DNA from: an uncultured virus (IMG/VR IMGVR_UViG_3300026250_000004)
Lineage: Duplodnaviria; Heunggongvirae; Uroviricota; Caudoviricetes
DNA: 64,000 nucleotides
Strand: one strand, 5' to 3'
Virus record (IMG/VR): IMGVR_UViG_3300026250_000004
The position numbers and the translations under genes were made by a program. The notes under the pieces are model-generated. The model was given only the letters and a program-made list of their open reading frames with translations, was not told where the DNA came from and did not search any database. This document shows, one piece after another, positions 8,752 to 19,307 of this stretch (its first letter is position 1; every line of letters starts with the position of its first letter).

Positions 8752-10003
8752 AATTCGCATAGCGCATATTTCAGACGTTCATCAGGGGATAGGTTTTCCG
8801 GGGCCTAATCCCCTTTCTCGTTTTGACGATATTAACCGCATCTTAGATTGGACAGCAGACCGGCTTATTGCCGAGAAGGTTGATTTATGCCTTATCGCTG
8901 GTGACTGTTTCAAAGATGCCAAAGTTATGCTAGACCGAGCAAGCCAGGAGATAGCTTCAATAGTCCGATTTTTAAGGCAGTTATCAAGCGCGGGCATAGA
9001 AACCATAGTTATATCAGGAACACCGTCGCATGATGCTCTAAGCGCCTACGGACTAATAAAGGAAATGGGGATAAAAGGCGTGCAAATATTTACTGCTCCA
9101 AAAGTCTGTTATGCTGATGTTCCAAAAGAAGAATATAGAAACTTCTTCCCTGTTGCCCTTCTCCCCGGACTTAACCGTTCTGCCCTGCTGACCCAGGAAG
9201 AATACAAAGGCTTACCACCAGAGCAGGTGCATAGAATAATGACCGATAAAATAAGCCAACTCTGCATGGGAATGGCCGCTCAGATGCCAGATGACAAGCC
9301 TAAAATTCTCATGGCTCACATGACCTATCAGGGAGCAGACACAGGCTTTACAGACTTGCTGATGCAACACGAGCCTATTCTAACCAGAGAAGCAGTAGCA
9401 GGCTTTGACCTCGTTTGTTTGGGGCATATTCACAGACCGCAGATTATCGACAGCAAAGTGTTTTACTCAGGGCCGGTTGAGAGATTGAGTTTCAATGAGC
9501 AGGATATTAAGCCGGGATTTTATATCCATGAGATTATAAACTGGGACGGGTGCAAGGATAAATGTCTTGATATTCAATCTCAGTTTATCGAAACCCCGTC
9601 ACGGCGGTATGTGACACTAGACTTTGACGAGTGGGCCATTAAAGAGTTTATCAAGGATGGCAATTTAATATGGACATTTGAGGAAGATTCCGATGGCGCT
9701 CCCATGTTCCCACCTATCAAGGATGCCATTGTCCGCCTTCGCTATTCCTGTTCCGAAGAGGTTTCCAAGCAGTTAAACCGGAAGCAGTTAGAGCAGTCCC
9801 TGTATGATGCTGGTTGTTTCTATGTAGCCGAAATTAAGGCCGAGATAGAGCGAACCGACAGAGCAAGGGACAGCGAAGTAACCGAAGCATTGACTCCCCT
9901 ATTGGCACTTGAAAAATGGGCAATCAATCAGAACATAGACGAAGCGGAGATTAATGAGCTTGTCAATATGGCAAGCGGATTGATGGAGCAATCATCATGC
10001 TAA
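8732..10003 (+). CDS. sbcD: SbcD/Mre11-like nuclease
   Basis: SDVH, AGDCF, GTPSHD, AH, LGHIH, YSG motifs. Confidence 0.9.
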   Translation: MRGKVIKIRIAHISDVHQGIGFPGPNPLSRFDDINRILDWTADRLIAEKVDLCLIAGDCFKDAKVMLDRASQEIASIVRFLRQLSSAGIETIVISGTPSHDALSAYGLIKEMGIKGVQIFTAPKVCYADVPKEEYRNFFPVALLPGLNRSALLTQEEYKGLPPEQVHRIMTDKISQLCMGMAAQMPDDKPKILMAHMTYQGADTGFTDLLMQHEPILTREAVAGFDLVCLGHIHRPQIIDSKVFYSGPVERLSFNEQDIKPGFYIHEIINWDGCKDKCLDIQSQFIETPSRRYVTLDFDEWAIKEFIKDGNLIWTFEEDSDGAPMFPPIKDAIVRLRYSCSEEVSKQLNRKQLEQSLYDAGCFYVAEIKAEIERTDRARDSEVTEALTPLLALEKWAINQNIDEAEINELVNMASGLMEQSSC

Positions 10004-10191
10004 TAGTCTGCAAACAATGCGCTTTATGGAAAAACTGGCACAAGTCGAAAAACGAACGATTAGCAGACCAGACTTGCACTTGCGGAGGAAAGTATACGAT
10101 GCTGAATTGCCACAAAGAAGGTTGTAAATTCCTACAGTTTAAAGAGTGCGAGAGAAGCGGCTATTGCGAGAAAAGGAGGGACAACGATTGA
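9997..10191 (+). CDS. small Cys-rich protein
   Basis: Overlaps neighbours, suggesting coupling. Confidence 0.45.
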   Translation: MLIVCKQCALWKNWHKSKNERLADQTCTCGGKYTMLNCHKEGCKFLQFKECERSGYCEKRRDND

Positions 10192-12731
10192 CCCCGCTAA
10201 AAATAAAACTTCATAACTTCAGAACCTTATCCGATACGGAATTAGACCTATCGGCTATTTCTTTGGCTAGCGTAGTGGCTAAAAACGGCTCTGGAAAATC
10301 AAGCCTACTGACATTAGCCCCATTTTTTGCCCTTTTCGGCAAATATCCCGGTGGTAGCATTGACGACCTAGTTAGGACAGGCACGCAAGATATGGGTGTA
10401 GATTACGACTTTGAGCATAACGGAGAAATCTATCAGATAATCCGTACCCGAAAACTAGGTAAAAAATCCACTTGCGAGTTTCAAAGGAAAATCGCTACAG
10501 TCTGGGAATCCTTAACCGGAGCAACCATTAAGGAAACAGATGCAAAAATCCAAGCACTTTTGAACATTGATGCCGATACCTTTTTAGCAAGCTCACTCAT
10601 ATTACAAGGTGACGTTAGCAATTTCTCACGAAAGCTACCATCAGAGCGTAAAGCCGTTCTAACTTCAATTCTAGGGCTTGATATTTACTCTACCCTGCAG
10701 GAACAGGCCAAGGCTAAAGCAAAAGCCTTAGAGCTTAAACTAGAGGGTAATAAGCAGGAATTAGAACGGCTGAGCAATAGCCTGGAAAAGCTACCTGATA
10801 TTGACACGGACTTGGCATTAATCAATCAGCAGATAACCCTTAAGGCGGTTGATATCAAAGCCAAAGAAACCGAGCTTGCCGACATTCAAACTGAAATCAA
10901 AGCACTCGAAGCCAAGGAACAGGAAGCAAAACAAATTCAGAGCCAGATTGATGGGCTTAAAAACGAAATAAGCGTTAAAAAAGCCGAGATAATCAGCCTT
11001 GAAAACCGCATAGACAACGACCAAGCAATCCTGCAATCTGAACCGGAGATAATGCAGAAGATTGCAGAGTTAAACGAGCTAAGGCAACAGATGCCAGCAC
11101 TTGAGGTAAAAGTAACACGATTAACTGAACTGCAAGCTCAACTTGACAACCTTGAGGAAGAAGAATCTAAACTTATTGACGAAGAAAACGCACTTGCTCA
11201 TAAAATCCTTAATCTTGAAAGCGAATTATCCATTAAACCAGAATTGCAGCAAGCAGTTGAGCAGTACAAGCAAGCAACAGACAACCTTAAAACTTATACC
11301 TTAAAAGCAGAAGAAAATCAGAAATTGAATGATGAATTAGTCGTTGCTGAAAAAGAACTACTACAAGCAAGCGTGTACCTTGACGGATTACTCAACGAAT
11401 ACAATCAGTTGCAAAAGAAAACCGAATTATTAGCAGATTCTAATTGCATTGACTCAACCAAAGCTAACTGCAAATTCCTACAAGATGCTATACATGCAAA
11501 GGAGATAATGCCTCAAACACAAGCTGAAATTGAGCAATCCAGATTAGAATTAATCCCCTACTCTGACCGTAAACAGGACATTATCAAATCCATAGCAACA
11601 CTTGCTTACGATAAGAAGTATCATTCAGAACTAAAAACCAAAGTAGAAACCCTGCAAAAATCAGTTGACCGATACAATTCGCTTGCAGGTAAGGAAGAAC
11701 TTCTAGCAACCGTTACAGCGCAAAAAGAAAGAATTACTGAACGTATTGACCAACTAACAGGCAAAAGCATGAATCTGCAAGACGATATTTCAGCACTTAT
11801 AAATGCAACTTCTTCTCTACCCTCTTTAAAGGCTAAGGTTAGTGAACTTGAACCCTTTGAAAAACAAGCAGAAAAACTACCCCAAATTAAAGCTAATATC
11901 GAAGTTACCAAAGAAGCCATTTCCAAATTAAGAGCTGAAATTGTTGAAAGACAATTTACTATCAGCTCATTACATCGTGAGCATGAACAATTAACCTCTA
12001 TCCTAACTAATCCCGAAGAAGGTTTTGGGCATACCATTCATTCTGCCGAAAGTTTTGCGGACATAATACACACCGAACTCAAAGAACTGCAAGCTAATTT
12101 AAACGCCTTATTCGCCCAACAGGGGGCATTAAAGACACGGCACGACTTGCTACTGTCAGAACAATGCAAACACGCTGAAATAAGCCAAATAATAGCCCCA
12201 CAAGCGAAAGAGTTAAGCAGATGGGAAACGCTAGTCAAAGCCTTTAGCAAGAATGGTATTCCGGTTTTAATTATTGAGAACGCTCTGCCCGAACTTGAGC
12301 GAATTGCTAATGAGATATTAGACCAAATGTCTAACGGTCAGCATAGTCTGCAATTCATTACTCAAAGGGACGCTAAAAGCAAAGATAGCACGATTGAGAC
12401 ATTGGATATTTTAGTCAGAGATTGGGCAGGTACAAGGTCGTTTGAGAGTTTTTCCGGTGGAGAGCAAACAAGGATCAGCCTAGCAATTCGATTTGCATTA
12501 TCGGAACTACTAGCGACTAGAGCAGGTAGCAAGGTTGAATTTATCGTTGGAGATGAAATTTTAAGCGACCAATCACCGGAATTTAGGGAAATGACGATAG
12601 AAGCCATCAAGTCAATGGCAGGACGATTTAAGAAGATATTAGTAATATCGCATATTCCCGAAATACAGGGAGCATTTGACCAACAGATAACTATAAACGA
12701 AGGCGGGCAAGTTGAAGTGAAGTTTAACTGA
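10188..12731 (+). CDS. sbcC: SbcC/Rad50-like SMC ATPase
   Basis: Walker A KNGSGKS, long coiled coil, signature FSGGE, Walker B VGDE, ISH. Confidence 0.9.
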   Translation: MTPLKIKLHNFRTLSDTELDLSAISLASVVAKNGSGKSSLLTLAPFFALFGKYPGGSIDDLVRTGTQDMGVDYDFEHNGEIYQIIRTRKLGKKSTCEFQRKIATVWESLTGATIKETDAKIQALLNIDADTFLASSLILQGDVSNFSRKLPSERKAVLTSILGLDIYSTLQEQAKAKAKALELKLEGNKQELERLSNSLEKLPDIDTDLALINQQITLKAVDIKAKETELADIQTEIKALEAKEQEAKQIQSQIDGLKNEISVKKAEIISLENRIDNDQAILQSEPEIMQKIAELNELRQQMPALEVKVTRLTELQAQLDNLEEEESKLIDEENALAHKILNLESELSIKPELQQAVEQYKQATDNLKTYTLKAEENQKLNDELVVAEKELLQASVYLDGLLNEYNQLQKKTELLADSNCIDSTKANCKFLQDAIHAKEIMPQTQAEIEQSRLELIPYSDRKQDIIKSIATLAYDKKYHSELKTKVETLQKSVDRYNSLAGKEELLATVTAQKERITERIDQLTGKSMNLQDDISALINATSSLPSLKAKVSELEPFEKQAEKLPQIKANIEVTKEAISKLRAEIVERQFTISSLHREHEQLTSILTNPEEGFGHTIHSAESFADIIHTELKELQANLNALFAQQGALKTRHDLLLSEQCKHAEISQIIAPQAKELSRWETLVKAFSKNGIPVLIIENALPELERIANEILDQMSNGQHSLQFITQRDAKSKDSTIETLDILVRDWAGTRSFESFSGGEQTRISLAIRFALSELLATRAGSKVEFIVGDEILSDQSPEFREMTIEAIKSMAGRFKKILVISHIPEIQGAFDQQITINEGGQVEVKFN

Positions 12732-12765
12732 TATGAAGCCTATTAAAAAGCAAAGGAGCGTGAGA

Positions 12766-13194
12766 ATGCGAATTATTAAACTATTATCCTTAACGGTATT
12801 ATTGTTACTATTATTCCCCTATTCAACTGACGACACAGCAGAAAGACCAACCTTTAAACCACCGGATAAAGTTATAGAACACAACCAAATAGAACCCTCA
12901 CGAAGCGGTAGTATTCTTTATTTTGAAGCTACCGCTTATTGTTTGGAAGATGGTAACGGTGATGGTGTGACCGCTACGGGAACTATACCGCAAGAAGGTA
13001 GAACGGTTGCAGCAGACCCTAAATTAATTCCATACGGAACTGAACTAATCATTAACGGCAAAGACGGTTATATTGTTGAAGATTGTGGCGGAGCAATTAA
13101 AGGTCATAGGATTGATATTTTCATGAGCAGTCGAAACGATGCTTTGCAATTCGGCCGACAGACCGTAAGAGTACAAATTAAGGAGAGTGAATAA
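12766..13194 (+). CDS. 3D-domain secreted protein (lytic transglycosylase-like)
   Basis: Signal peptide; ATAY..TATG..VAADPKLIPYGT..EDCGGAIKGHRIDIF. Confidence 0.9.
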   Translation: MRIIKLLSLTVLLLLLFPYSTDDTAERPTFKPPDKVIEHNQIEPSRSGSILYFEATAYCLEDGNGDGVTATGTIPQEGRTVAADPKLIPYGTELIINGKDGYIVEDCGGAIKGHRIDIFMSSRNDALQFGRQTVRVQIKESE

Positions 13195-13369
13195 GATAAA
13201 TAGCCTTAAAGCATGGGTGCAAGACCCCGAAGATTGGAAAATCAAACATTATACCCCAAAACCCCAACGCAAAACCTTCATTCAGAAACTTATCCCCTGG
13301 TTAGTTGCAATATCAATACCGTTCATTATCGGACTAATTGATTGGTTCGTTGAAGCAATATGCGGATAA
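13187..13369 (+). CDS. small membrane protein
   Basis: One hydrophobic segment. Confidence 0.5.
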   Translation: MNKINSLKAWVQDPEDWKIKHYTPKPQRKTFIQKLIPWLVAISIPFIIGLIDWFVEAICG

Positions 13370-13388
13370 AAACAAAGGAGGAAAATCA

Positions 13389-13937
13389 ATGAATTTAACG
13401 CGTGAAGAAACGATAAAGTTACATCGTGCATTATGGAGATGGCTGTCAGAAAACCCCATGAAGCAGAAGGAAGATTGGCCTGGTTGGGAACTGTTCCCCG
13501 ATATTCCATTTAATTGTTTCTTGTGTGCATATACGGGGAAAGGGGTTTATCCTAAATGTTCCATCTGCCCCGTTGAATTTAAAGCTAATGAACATATAGA
13601 AGGAACTAATGGTTATTGTCTAGGAGGATTGTACTCCGAATGGGATTTAGCTAAACTTCCTGAAGAACGCTCTCGTATTGCAGCACTAATTAGAGATTTA
13701 CCGGAAAGGAAACATATTAACCGTTGCCCTGAAGATAAGGTTGAAGTTATTCAAACCATAGTCCTGCGATTTCAAAAAGCAGAAACCACCTGCGTTATCG
13801 AGTCTAAAAAGCTAGGAACATTTATAGGCAAAGCTAAATGCCACCCTGACGATAAATGGGACGAAAATATTGGCAAAAAACTAGCATTTGGCAGAGCAGT
13901 ACAAAAGATTAGAGAATCCCAACCAGAAGGTTATTAA
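13389..13937 (+). CDS. hypothetical phage protein
   Basis: AAAGGAGG RBS; C-terminal AKCHPDDKWDENIGKKLAFGRA motif. Confidence 0.65.
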   Translation: MNLTREETIKLHRALWRWLSENPMKQKEDWPGWELFPDIPFNCFLCAYTGKGVYPKCSICPVEFKANEHIEGTNGYCLGGLYSEWDLAKLPEERSRIAALIRDLPERKHINRCPEDKVEVIQTIVLRFQKAETTCVIESKKLGTFIGKAKCHPDDKWDENIGKKLAFGRAVQKIRESQPEGY

Positions 13938-13986
13938 AATGGGGAACCTACTCCCCTTCCCTACTTCCTTAAAGGAAAGTGATGTT

Positions 13987-14607
13987 ATGGATAAAACTCA
14001 TATTCCGAACAAGGTATTAGAGAAAACCTGTAGTGCTGGGTTCAACGCTGTTCAACTATCCATAATTTTAGTAGCTTGCCGATTTACTTTTGGTAACTTG
14101 CAAAACGAAACATTAACAACGGAAATCATTTCACAAGTTACAGGTTTTGACATTCGTTTTATCAATCGTGAAATCAAAAATCTAATCAAAGGAAAAGTCA
14201 TTCTAACCAACAATAAAGTAAACGATAAAACTGAAGATTGGATAATGAGCGATACGGCAAAAGAAAAGTATGACACAATATTCAACCATTGGAACCAGCA
14301 AGGAATTACGCCACACAGGAAATTAACTGCTGATACAACGAAAGTAATTGACAAAGTATTAAAAGTTTATGCATTGGAAGAAGTATTAGATGCCATATCA
14401 AGATACAGCAAAATCTATCACGATAAAAACTACTTCTTCAAGTACAACTGGACTCTAATCAACTTCCTGAAACAACAAAATGCCCTACCGGAATTCATGG
14501 AAGATGGCCAAAAATGGATAGCTTATAAAACAGCTATAACCCAAACAGAGTCACCAAAACCTAAAGTAGATTTAAACGCTTATGATATTAAGCGCAGTTG
14601 GGAGTGA
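13987..14607 (+). CDS. putative replication initiator/replisome organiser
   Basis: N-terminal wHTH-like region; directly upstream of DnaB. Confidence 0.55.
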   Translation: MDKTHIPNKVLEKTCSAGFNAVQLSIILVACRFTFGNLQNETLTTEIISQVTGFDIRFINREIKNLIKGKVILTNNKVNDKTEDWIMSDTAKEKYDTIFNHWNQQGITPHRKLTADTTKVIDKVLKVYALEEVLDAISRYSKIYHDKNYFFKYNWTLINFLKQQNALPEFMEDGQKWIAYKTAITQTESPKPKVDLNAYDIKRSWE

Positions 14608-14617
14608 TGACTAACTT

Positions 14618-16027
14618 GTGAAACTAATTGATTTAGAAGCAGAAAAACGTGTCATATCAGGTATGCTACACTCTGACGATGCTTGCGCTGAAGCCATTAC
14701 CCTTCTTAAAGAAGATGATTTTTCCGACCAATTCAATCATGCTGTATTCTCCATTACATCTAATCTATATATTAATAGCGTTAAACCTACATTAGCCGAA
14801 GTCTTAAAAGAAGGATTAAAAAGCGGATTAATCGTTGGTAAGCAAAATGTTGATAAACTACGCGAAATATCAAGCTATTATATTGATGATGACAACATTG
14901 GTTATTGGGTGCAACAAGTCAAAACTAAATCCAAAATGCGACACTTGGAGCAAATGCTTAATAAATACCACAAGGAATTAGCAACTGCAAGGGATAGCGA
15001 AGCTGAAGAACTGCTAAATAAAGCAAGCGAGGAATTTTCAAGTCTATCAATCATTGCAGCAGACGAAGACATTCAAGACCCTGGGGAACTAGCCAAGCTA
15101 GGTTATGACTTAATAGTACAAAAAATGGAACGTTACCGAGAAGCAAAAAACGCTAATCCCTATGGCGCAATAATACTTGACGGGACTCCTACCGGCCTGA
15201 AAAGCTTGGATGAAATCACTTTAGGCTACAAGCCGGGCGACTTAATCATTCTAGGAGCTCAGACCGGGCATGGCAAGACAGCATTCGCTTTAAATACCGT
15301 GCTTGCTACTTCCATTGAGGCTAATCAGCCTTGCTTGTATATCAATACCGAAATGAGCAAGCAGCAGATAGCCTTAAGATGGGGTTGTATACTATCGGGA
15401 GTAGACCACGATAAAATTAGGCACGGAGCTATCAACAATGAGGAACTAGTCGAAATTGCCGATGCTTATGGGAAACTTGCTAACTCAGGCTTTTATCCGG
15501 CTCATATTCCTAATCTAACCCCTGCAAAGTTAACCAGCATAGCAAGACGAGCTAAAATCCGCAAAGACGTGCAGTTAATCATTGTAGATTATGTAGGGCG
15601 CATGGAAACAGCAGACCCCAGGTTGCAGGAATGGCAAGTCTTATACAACATTATTAGGGCTCAAAAGCAGTTAGCTCAAAACCTGGAATGTGCCATTATG
15701 TGCTTAGTGCAGCTTAACCCTGACGGGACAATTCAGGGAGCCAAAAAGATAAAGAACGAATGCGACCTGATGCTGAAGCTTATACCTGTGCCAGATGAAA
15801 CCGTTCAGGAAATGGCGAAAGAAAAAGGCATAGTCTATAAGAATTGGAACTATGACCTTGAGATTGAAAAAAATCGTGACGGCGTGTCGGGCAATAGAAT
15901 CCCGATATGGTTTGATATGTCAATCCAGAGGATAACGCAAGCGGTGAGAGTTAGCGGAGAGCCAGAGAAAGAGCAAAGTAAAGACATATGGAGCGACATT
16001 GGGAAGGAGGTAAAGCATAGTGACTGA
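14618..16027 (+). CDS. dnaB: DnaB-like replicative helicase
   Basis: EAEKRVISGML, PTGLKSLD, GAQTGHGKT, IIVDY, QLN, EKNRDG. Confidence 0.92.
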   Translation: MKLIDLEAEKRVISGMLHSDDACAEAITLLKEDDFSDQFNHAVFSITSNLYINSVKPTLAEVLKEGLKSGLIVGKQNVDKLREISSYYIDDDNIGYWVQQVKTKSKMRHLEQMLNKYHKELATARDSEAEELLNKASEEFSSLSIIAADEDIQDPGELAKLGYDLIVQKMERYREAKNANPYGAIILDGTPTGLKSLDEITLGYKPGDLIILGAQTGHGKTAFALNTVLATSIEANQPCLYINTEMSKQQIALRWGCILSGVDHDKIRHGAINNEELVEIADAYGKLANSGFYPAHIPNLTPAKLTSIARRAKIRKDVQLIIVDYVGRMETADPRLQEWQVLYNIIRAQKQLAQNLECAIMCLVQLNPDGTIQGAKKIKNECDLMLKLIPVPDETVQEMAKEKGIVYKNWNYDLEIEKNRDGVSGNRIPIWFDMSIQRITQAVRVSGEPEKEQSKDIWSDIGKEVKHSD

Positions 16028-16262
16028 TGATGCCCATGTTTATTGTGCTAACTGCCAGAACTTTAGGACAGACGACAAAGATAAGCCCTATTGCCCTTTT
16101 GAGGATGAGTGCGATATTTGGAACTGCGAAGATAGCAGACCCTTTAAGGAAAGACCGCGCTATGAGCCTAAAATCAATCGTGGTTGGACTTGTCGGTTTT
16201 GTGGATTTTTAAACCTTACTAGATATGAAGTTTGCGAACGATGCGGAGCGGCCAGAAAATAA
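16020..16262 (+). CDS. small Zn-finger protein
   Basis: WTCRFCGFLN..CERCG. Confidence 0.55.
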   Translation: MTDDAHVYCANCQNFRTDDKDKPYCPFEDECDIWNCEDSRPFKERPRYEPKINRGWTCRFCGFLNLTRYEVCERCGAARK

Positions 16263-16265
16263 GGA

Positions 16266-16901
16266 GTGATACTATCGAAAGCATTAATTGACCAGATAAA
16301 AGCTAAACTATCTATCCTAGAAGCACTTGAAAAATACGGTAACATTAAACCCAAACGCAAAGGTAATTCCTATTGGTGCAGTTGCTTGCAAAAAGAAGAA
16401 CGCACGCCGTCAATGCAGATATTCCCCGACAGAGACTACTACAGGTGCTTTTCATGCAACTCTTACGGCGACCAGATAGACCTAGTAGCCGAGGCATTAA
16501 ACATTCCCTTGTCGGATGCCATACGGTTACTTATCAGAGACTTAGGGATTGACGGAGACATTACCAAAGAAGAACGTGACAGAATCGTCTTAGAGCGTGC
16601 TAGGAGACTGCAGAAGAAGCAAAGGCTAGAAGAACAACAGAATATCATCAAGCAAGAGTACAGACGGCTAATCGACATTGAAAAGCTAATGTACTTTTTT
16701 ATTTCTTCTATTGAGAGTGGGCTTGACTTGAACCGTTTTGAAGTTATCAAAAGCCTACAGCACAAAGAGTTAATCGGCTATTGGATTGACACCTTGCTTA
16801 ACGGCTCATTAGACGAGCAATTAGCAATAGTAGAAGTCAGCAAAAACTTTAATCCGTGGAAGGAGGTAACCCATGAAAAAGCGACTCAAGAAGAAGAGTG
16901 A
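16266..16901 (+). CDS. CHC2-type (primase) zinc-finger protein without TOPRIM
   Basis: CSC..EERTPSM..YYRCFSC..GDQIDLV..DAIRLL. Confidence 0.75.
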   Translation: MILSKALIDQIKAKLSILEALEKYGNIKPKRKGNSYWCSCLQKEERTPSMQIFPDRDYYRCFSCNSYGDQIDLVAEALNIPLSDAIRLLIRDLGIDGDITKEERDRIVLERARRLQKKQRLEEQQNIIKQEYRRLIDIEKLMYFFISSIESGLDLNRFEVIKSLQHKELIGYWIDTLLNGSLDEQLAIVEVSKNFNPWKEVTHEKATQEEE

Positions 16902-17021
16902 TAAGCAAGAAGCCAAAATCTATGTGAATGATAAAAGGTTTTTTAAGCCAGATAATATGAGTCCCGGTTGGGTAGTAGCCTATGCGGTTTATGTACCGGG
17001 AGAGAAGGAGAAGGTGAACGT

Positions 17022-17804
17022 GTGAATAAGACAAAAATTGAATGGGTAAGAAATTCTGACGGAACACAGGGTTATACATGGAATCCAGTTACAGGTTGTT
17101 TGAATGGCTGTGAATATTGTTACGGTAAGCGGATTGATAAGCGGTTCGGTGATGGACGATTTACGCCGACATTCCACTATGATCGATTGTGTGAACCCAT
17201 AAAGGTCAAGAAGCCCAGTAGAATATTTGTGGGTAGTATGGCAGACTTATTCGGGGATTGGGAATGGAAAGACAATAACGCTATTTACAGACATTCTTCC
17301 GAAGAAGTAAAGGCATCTGTAATTGATATAGCATATAGATGTCCGCAGCACACCTTCATTTTCCTAACCAAGAACCCTCGAGGCATGCAAGGTATTGACT
17401 TCCCCGATAATTGCTGGTGCGGGACAAGTGTTGAGAATCAAGAGAAGGCAGATGAACGGATACCGGAACTGCTGAGGGCGAACTGCAAAACCCTGTTTGT
17501 GAGTTATGAACCAGCTTTAGGACCGATTGACTTTAACCATTTACAGTTGAATAGAGAAGTTGAGATAGATTGCTTAAATGGTACGCATGGAGTTATAAGG
17601 CCGCATAATGGCGTCAACAAACGTCTTCGCTGGCTCATTGTTGGCGCACAGACCGGGCCGGGAGCAGTTAAGCCGGATTACCACTGGATTTATAACGCGA
17701 TAGGGCAAGCGGTAAACGCCAATGTGCCAGTGTTCGTCAAGGATAACGTAAATTGGCATAAGCAGATTAGAGAATACCCAGAAGGGGTGAAAGCATGCGA
17801 ATAG
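17022..17804 (+). CDS. DUF5131 / phage Gp37-Gp68 family protein
   Basis: TKIEW..TWNPVTGC..GCEYCY..IFVGSMADLF..FLTKNP..VSYEPALG..WLIVG. Confidence 0.88.
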   Translation: MNKTKIEWVRNSDGTQGYTWNPVTGCLNGCEYCYGKRIDKRFGDGRFTPTFHYDRLCEPIKVKKPSRIFVGSMADLFGDWEWKDNNAIYRHSSEEVKASVIDIAYRCPQHTFIFLTKNPRGMQGIDFPDNCWCGTSVENQEKADERIPELLRANCKTLFVSYEPALGPIDFNHLQLNREVEIDCLNGTHGVIRPHNGVNKRLRWLIVGAQTGPGAVKPDYHWIYNAIGQAVNANVPVFVKDNVNWHKQIREYPEGVKACE

Positions 17805-18187
17805 ATGAACTGCCGGCAGGCAGAGAAATGGACAAGGCAATTAGTCGGTACGTTTTTGGCAACAATGAATTTGTTTGCCGTAATTGTGAGGATGATTATC
17901 ACATTGTAGACAGGCAGGGGTTAATCGCTTATATCCCCGTTTCTAACTATTCCACCGACATAGCAGCAGCATGGGAAGTGGAAGAAAAACTAATGGAACT
18001 GGATAAAATTCTTGAATATCTTGAGGCTTTACAGATAGAAGCAAACGGCACCGAAAAAGGATTGACGCTTACCAATAAGATTATTGGTTATACCTATAAC
18101 TTTGAAGAAATATTCAATCTTATTCATGCCACACCTGCCCAAAGATGTCGCGCCGCGCTTAAAACATTGGAGGTGACACTGTGCTAA
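17795..18187 (+). CDS. phage ABA-sandwich-like protein
   Basis: GREMD..YSTDIAAAWEVEEK..RCRAAL. Confidence 0.65.
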   Translation: MRIDELPAGREMDKAISRYVFGNNEFVCRNCEDDYHIVDRQGLIAYIPVSNYSTDIAAAWEVEEKLMELDKILEYLEALQIEANGTEKGLTLTNKIIGYTYNFEEIFNLIHATPAQRCRAALKTLEVTLC

Positions 18188-18765
18188 TCACAGGCATTGA
18201 CCCATCCCTCACCAGCACCGGAATTATTGTTCTGCGAGATGGAGTTATCGAACTTGCAGAGACCACCAAGAACAGGCCGGAACTATGGACTATCGAACGA
18301 GTAAAGCTAATTTATCAGCGAATAATCGACATAGTGGAAAACCTAACAGACGGCGAGAAATGGCAAGCCCCCGATTTAATGGTTATCGAGGGCTTTTCTT
18401 ATGGCAGTAAAGGCAGAAGCGTGTTTGACATAGCCTATCTAGGTTTAAGAATCCGAGAAGAGCTAGAACGGCTAAAGCACGGAGATGGCATACCTTGGAT
18501 TGAAGTGCCACCGACACAGGTTAAAAAGTTTGCTACAGGAAGCGGTAACTCTGGCAAAGAGATTATGCTACAGCAAGTTTACAAACGCTGGGGAGTTGAG
18601 TTTAGGGACAACAACCAGTGTGATGCTTATGTATTAGCCAAGATTGGAGAAGCGTATTTCAAAGCTAAAAATGAAATTGAACAAAAGCTAATGGACTTTC
18701 AATTTGAAGTTATTGCTGACTTGTTGGGGGAGAAACCCAAAAAGAGCAGAAAGAAGGTGAAATAA
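18181..18765 (+). CDS. RuvC-like Holliday junction resolvase
   Basis: GIDPSLTSTG, VIEG, VKKFATGSGN..K, DNNQCDA. Confidence 0.85.
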   Translation: MLITGIDPSLTSTGIIVLRDGVIELAETTKNRPELWTIERVKLIYQRIIDIVENLTDGEKWQAPDLMVIEGFSYGSKGRSVFDIAYLGLRIREELERLKHGDGIPWIEVPPTQVKKFATGSGNSGKEIMLQQVYKRWGVEFRDNNQCDAYVLAKIGEAYFKAKNEIEQKLMDFQFEVIADLLGEKPKKSRKKVK

Positions 18766-18768
18766 TGT

Positions 18769-19293
18769 ATGCGACTAACAGACGAGCAACGACAGATGGT
18801 AATTGACAACATTGGGCTTGCCCAATTTGTAGCAGGTAAATATGCACCTAATTTATCTATTGAATATGACGAATGTTTATCAATCTGTTATTTAACATTA
18901 GTGTTATCCGTACAAAAATATAATCACAGCATAAAGAAAATTAAATTTTCGACATACGCCGTAAATAAAATGCGATTTGAATTGCTCAAAGTAGCATATC
19001 CCAAAAACAAAACAACCGCAAACACGCAAAACTTCGATTATATTTTTCCTGGTATGCGTTGGGAACATATTGCTGGAACCTACGATATTGAAGAAGACAT
19101 AATTCACCAAATAGCACAAGAGCAAATTAAAGTGAAAGTGTGCAATCTATTATCGGGTAAAAGCAGAGCGTTATTTATTGCATGTTATGATAACCCCCAT
19201 TATACATATAAGGAAATATGCCAATTAATGGGGTGTAGCGAAGATTTAATTACTTATATTCATAGAAGTTTGCGAAATAAATTAGCTATTTAA
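18769..19293 (+). CDS. sigma-70-family-like factor
   Basis: NIGLAQFVAGKY..SVQKYN..KFSTYA region 2; C-terminal HTH. Confidence 0.65.
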   Translation: MRLTDEQRQMVIDNIGLAQFVAGKYAPNLSIEYDECLSICYLTLVLSVQKYNHSIKKIKFSTYAVNKMRFELLKVAYPKNKTTANTQNFDYIFPGMRWEHIAGTYDIEEDIIHQIAQEQIKVKVCNLLSGKSRALFIACYDNPHYTYKEICQLMGCSEDLITYIHRSLRNKLAI

Positions 19294-19307
19294 AGGAGGG
19301 TTACTCA

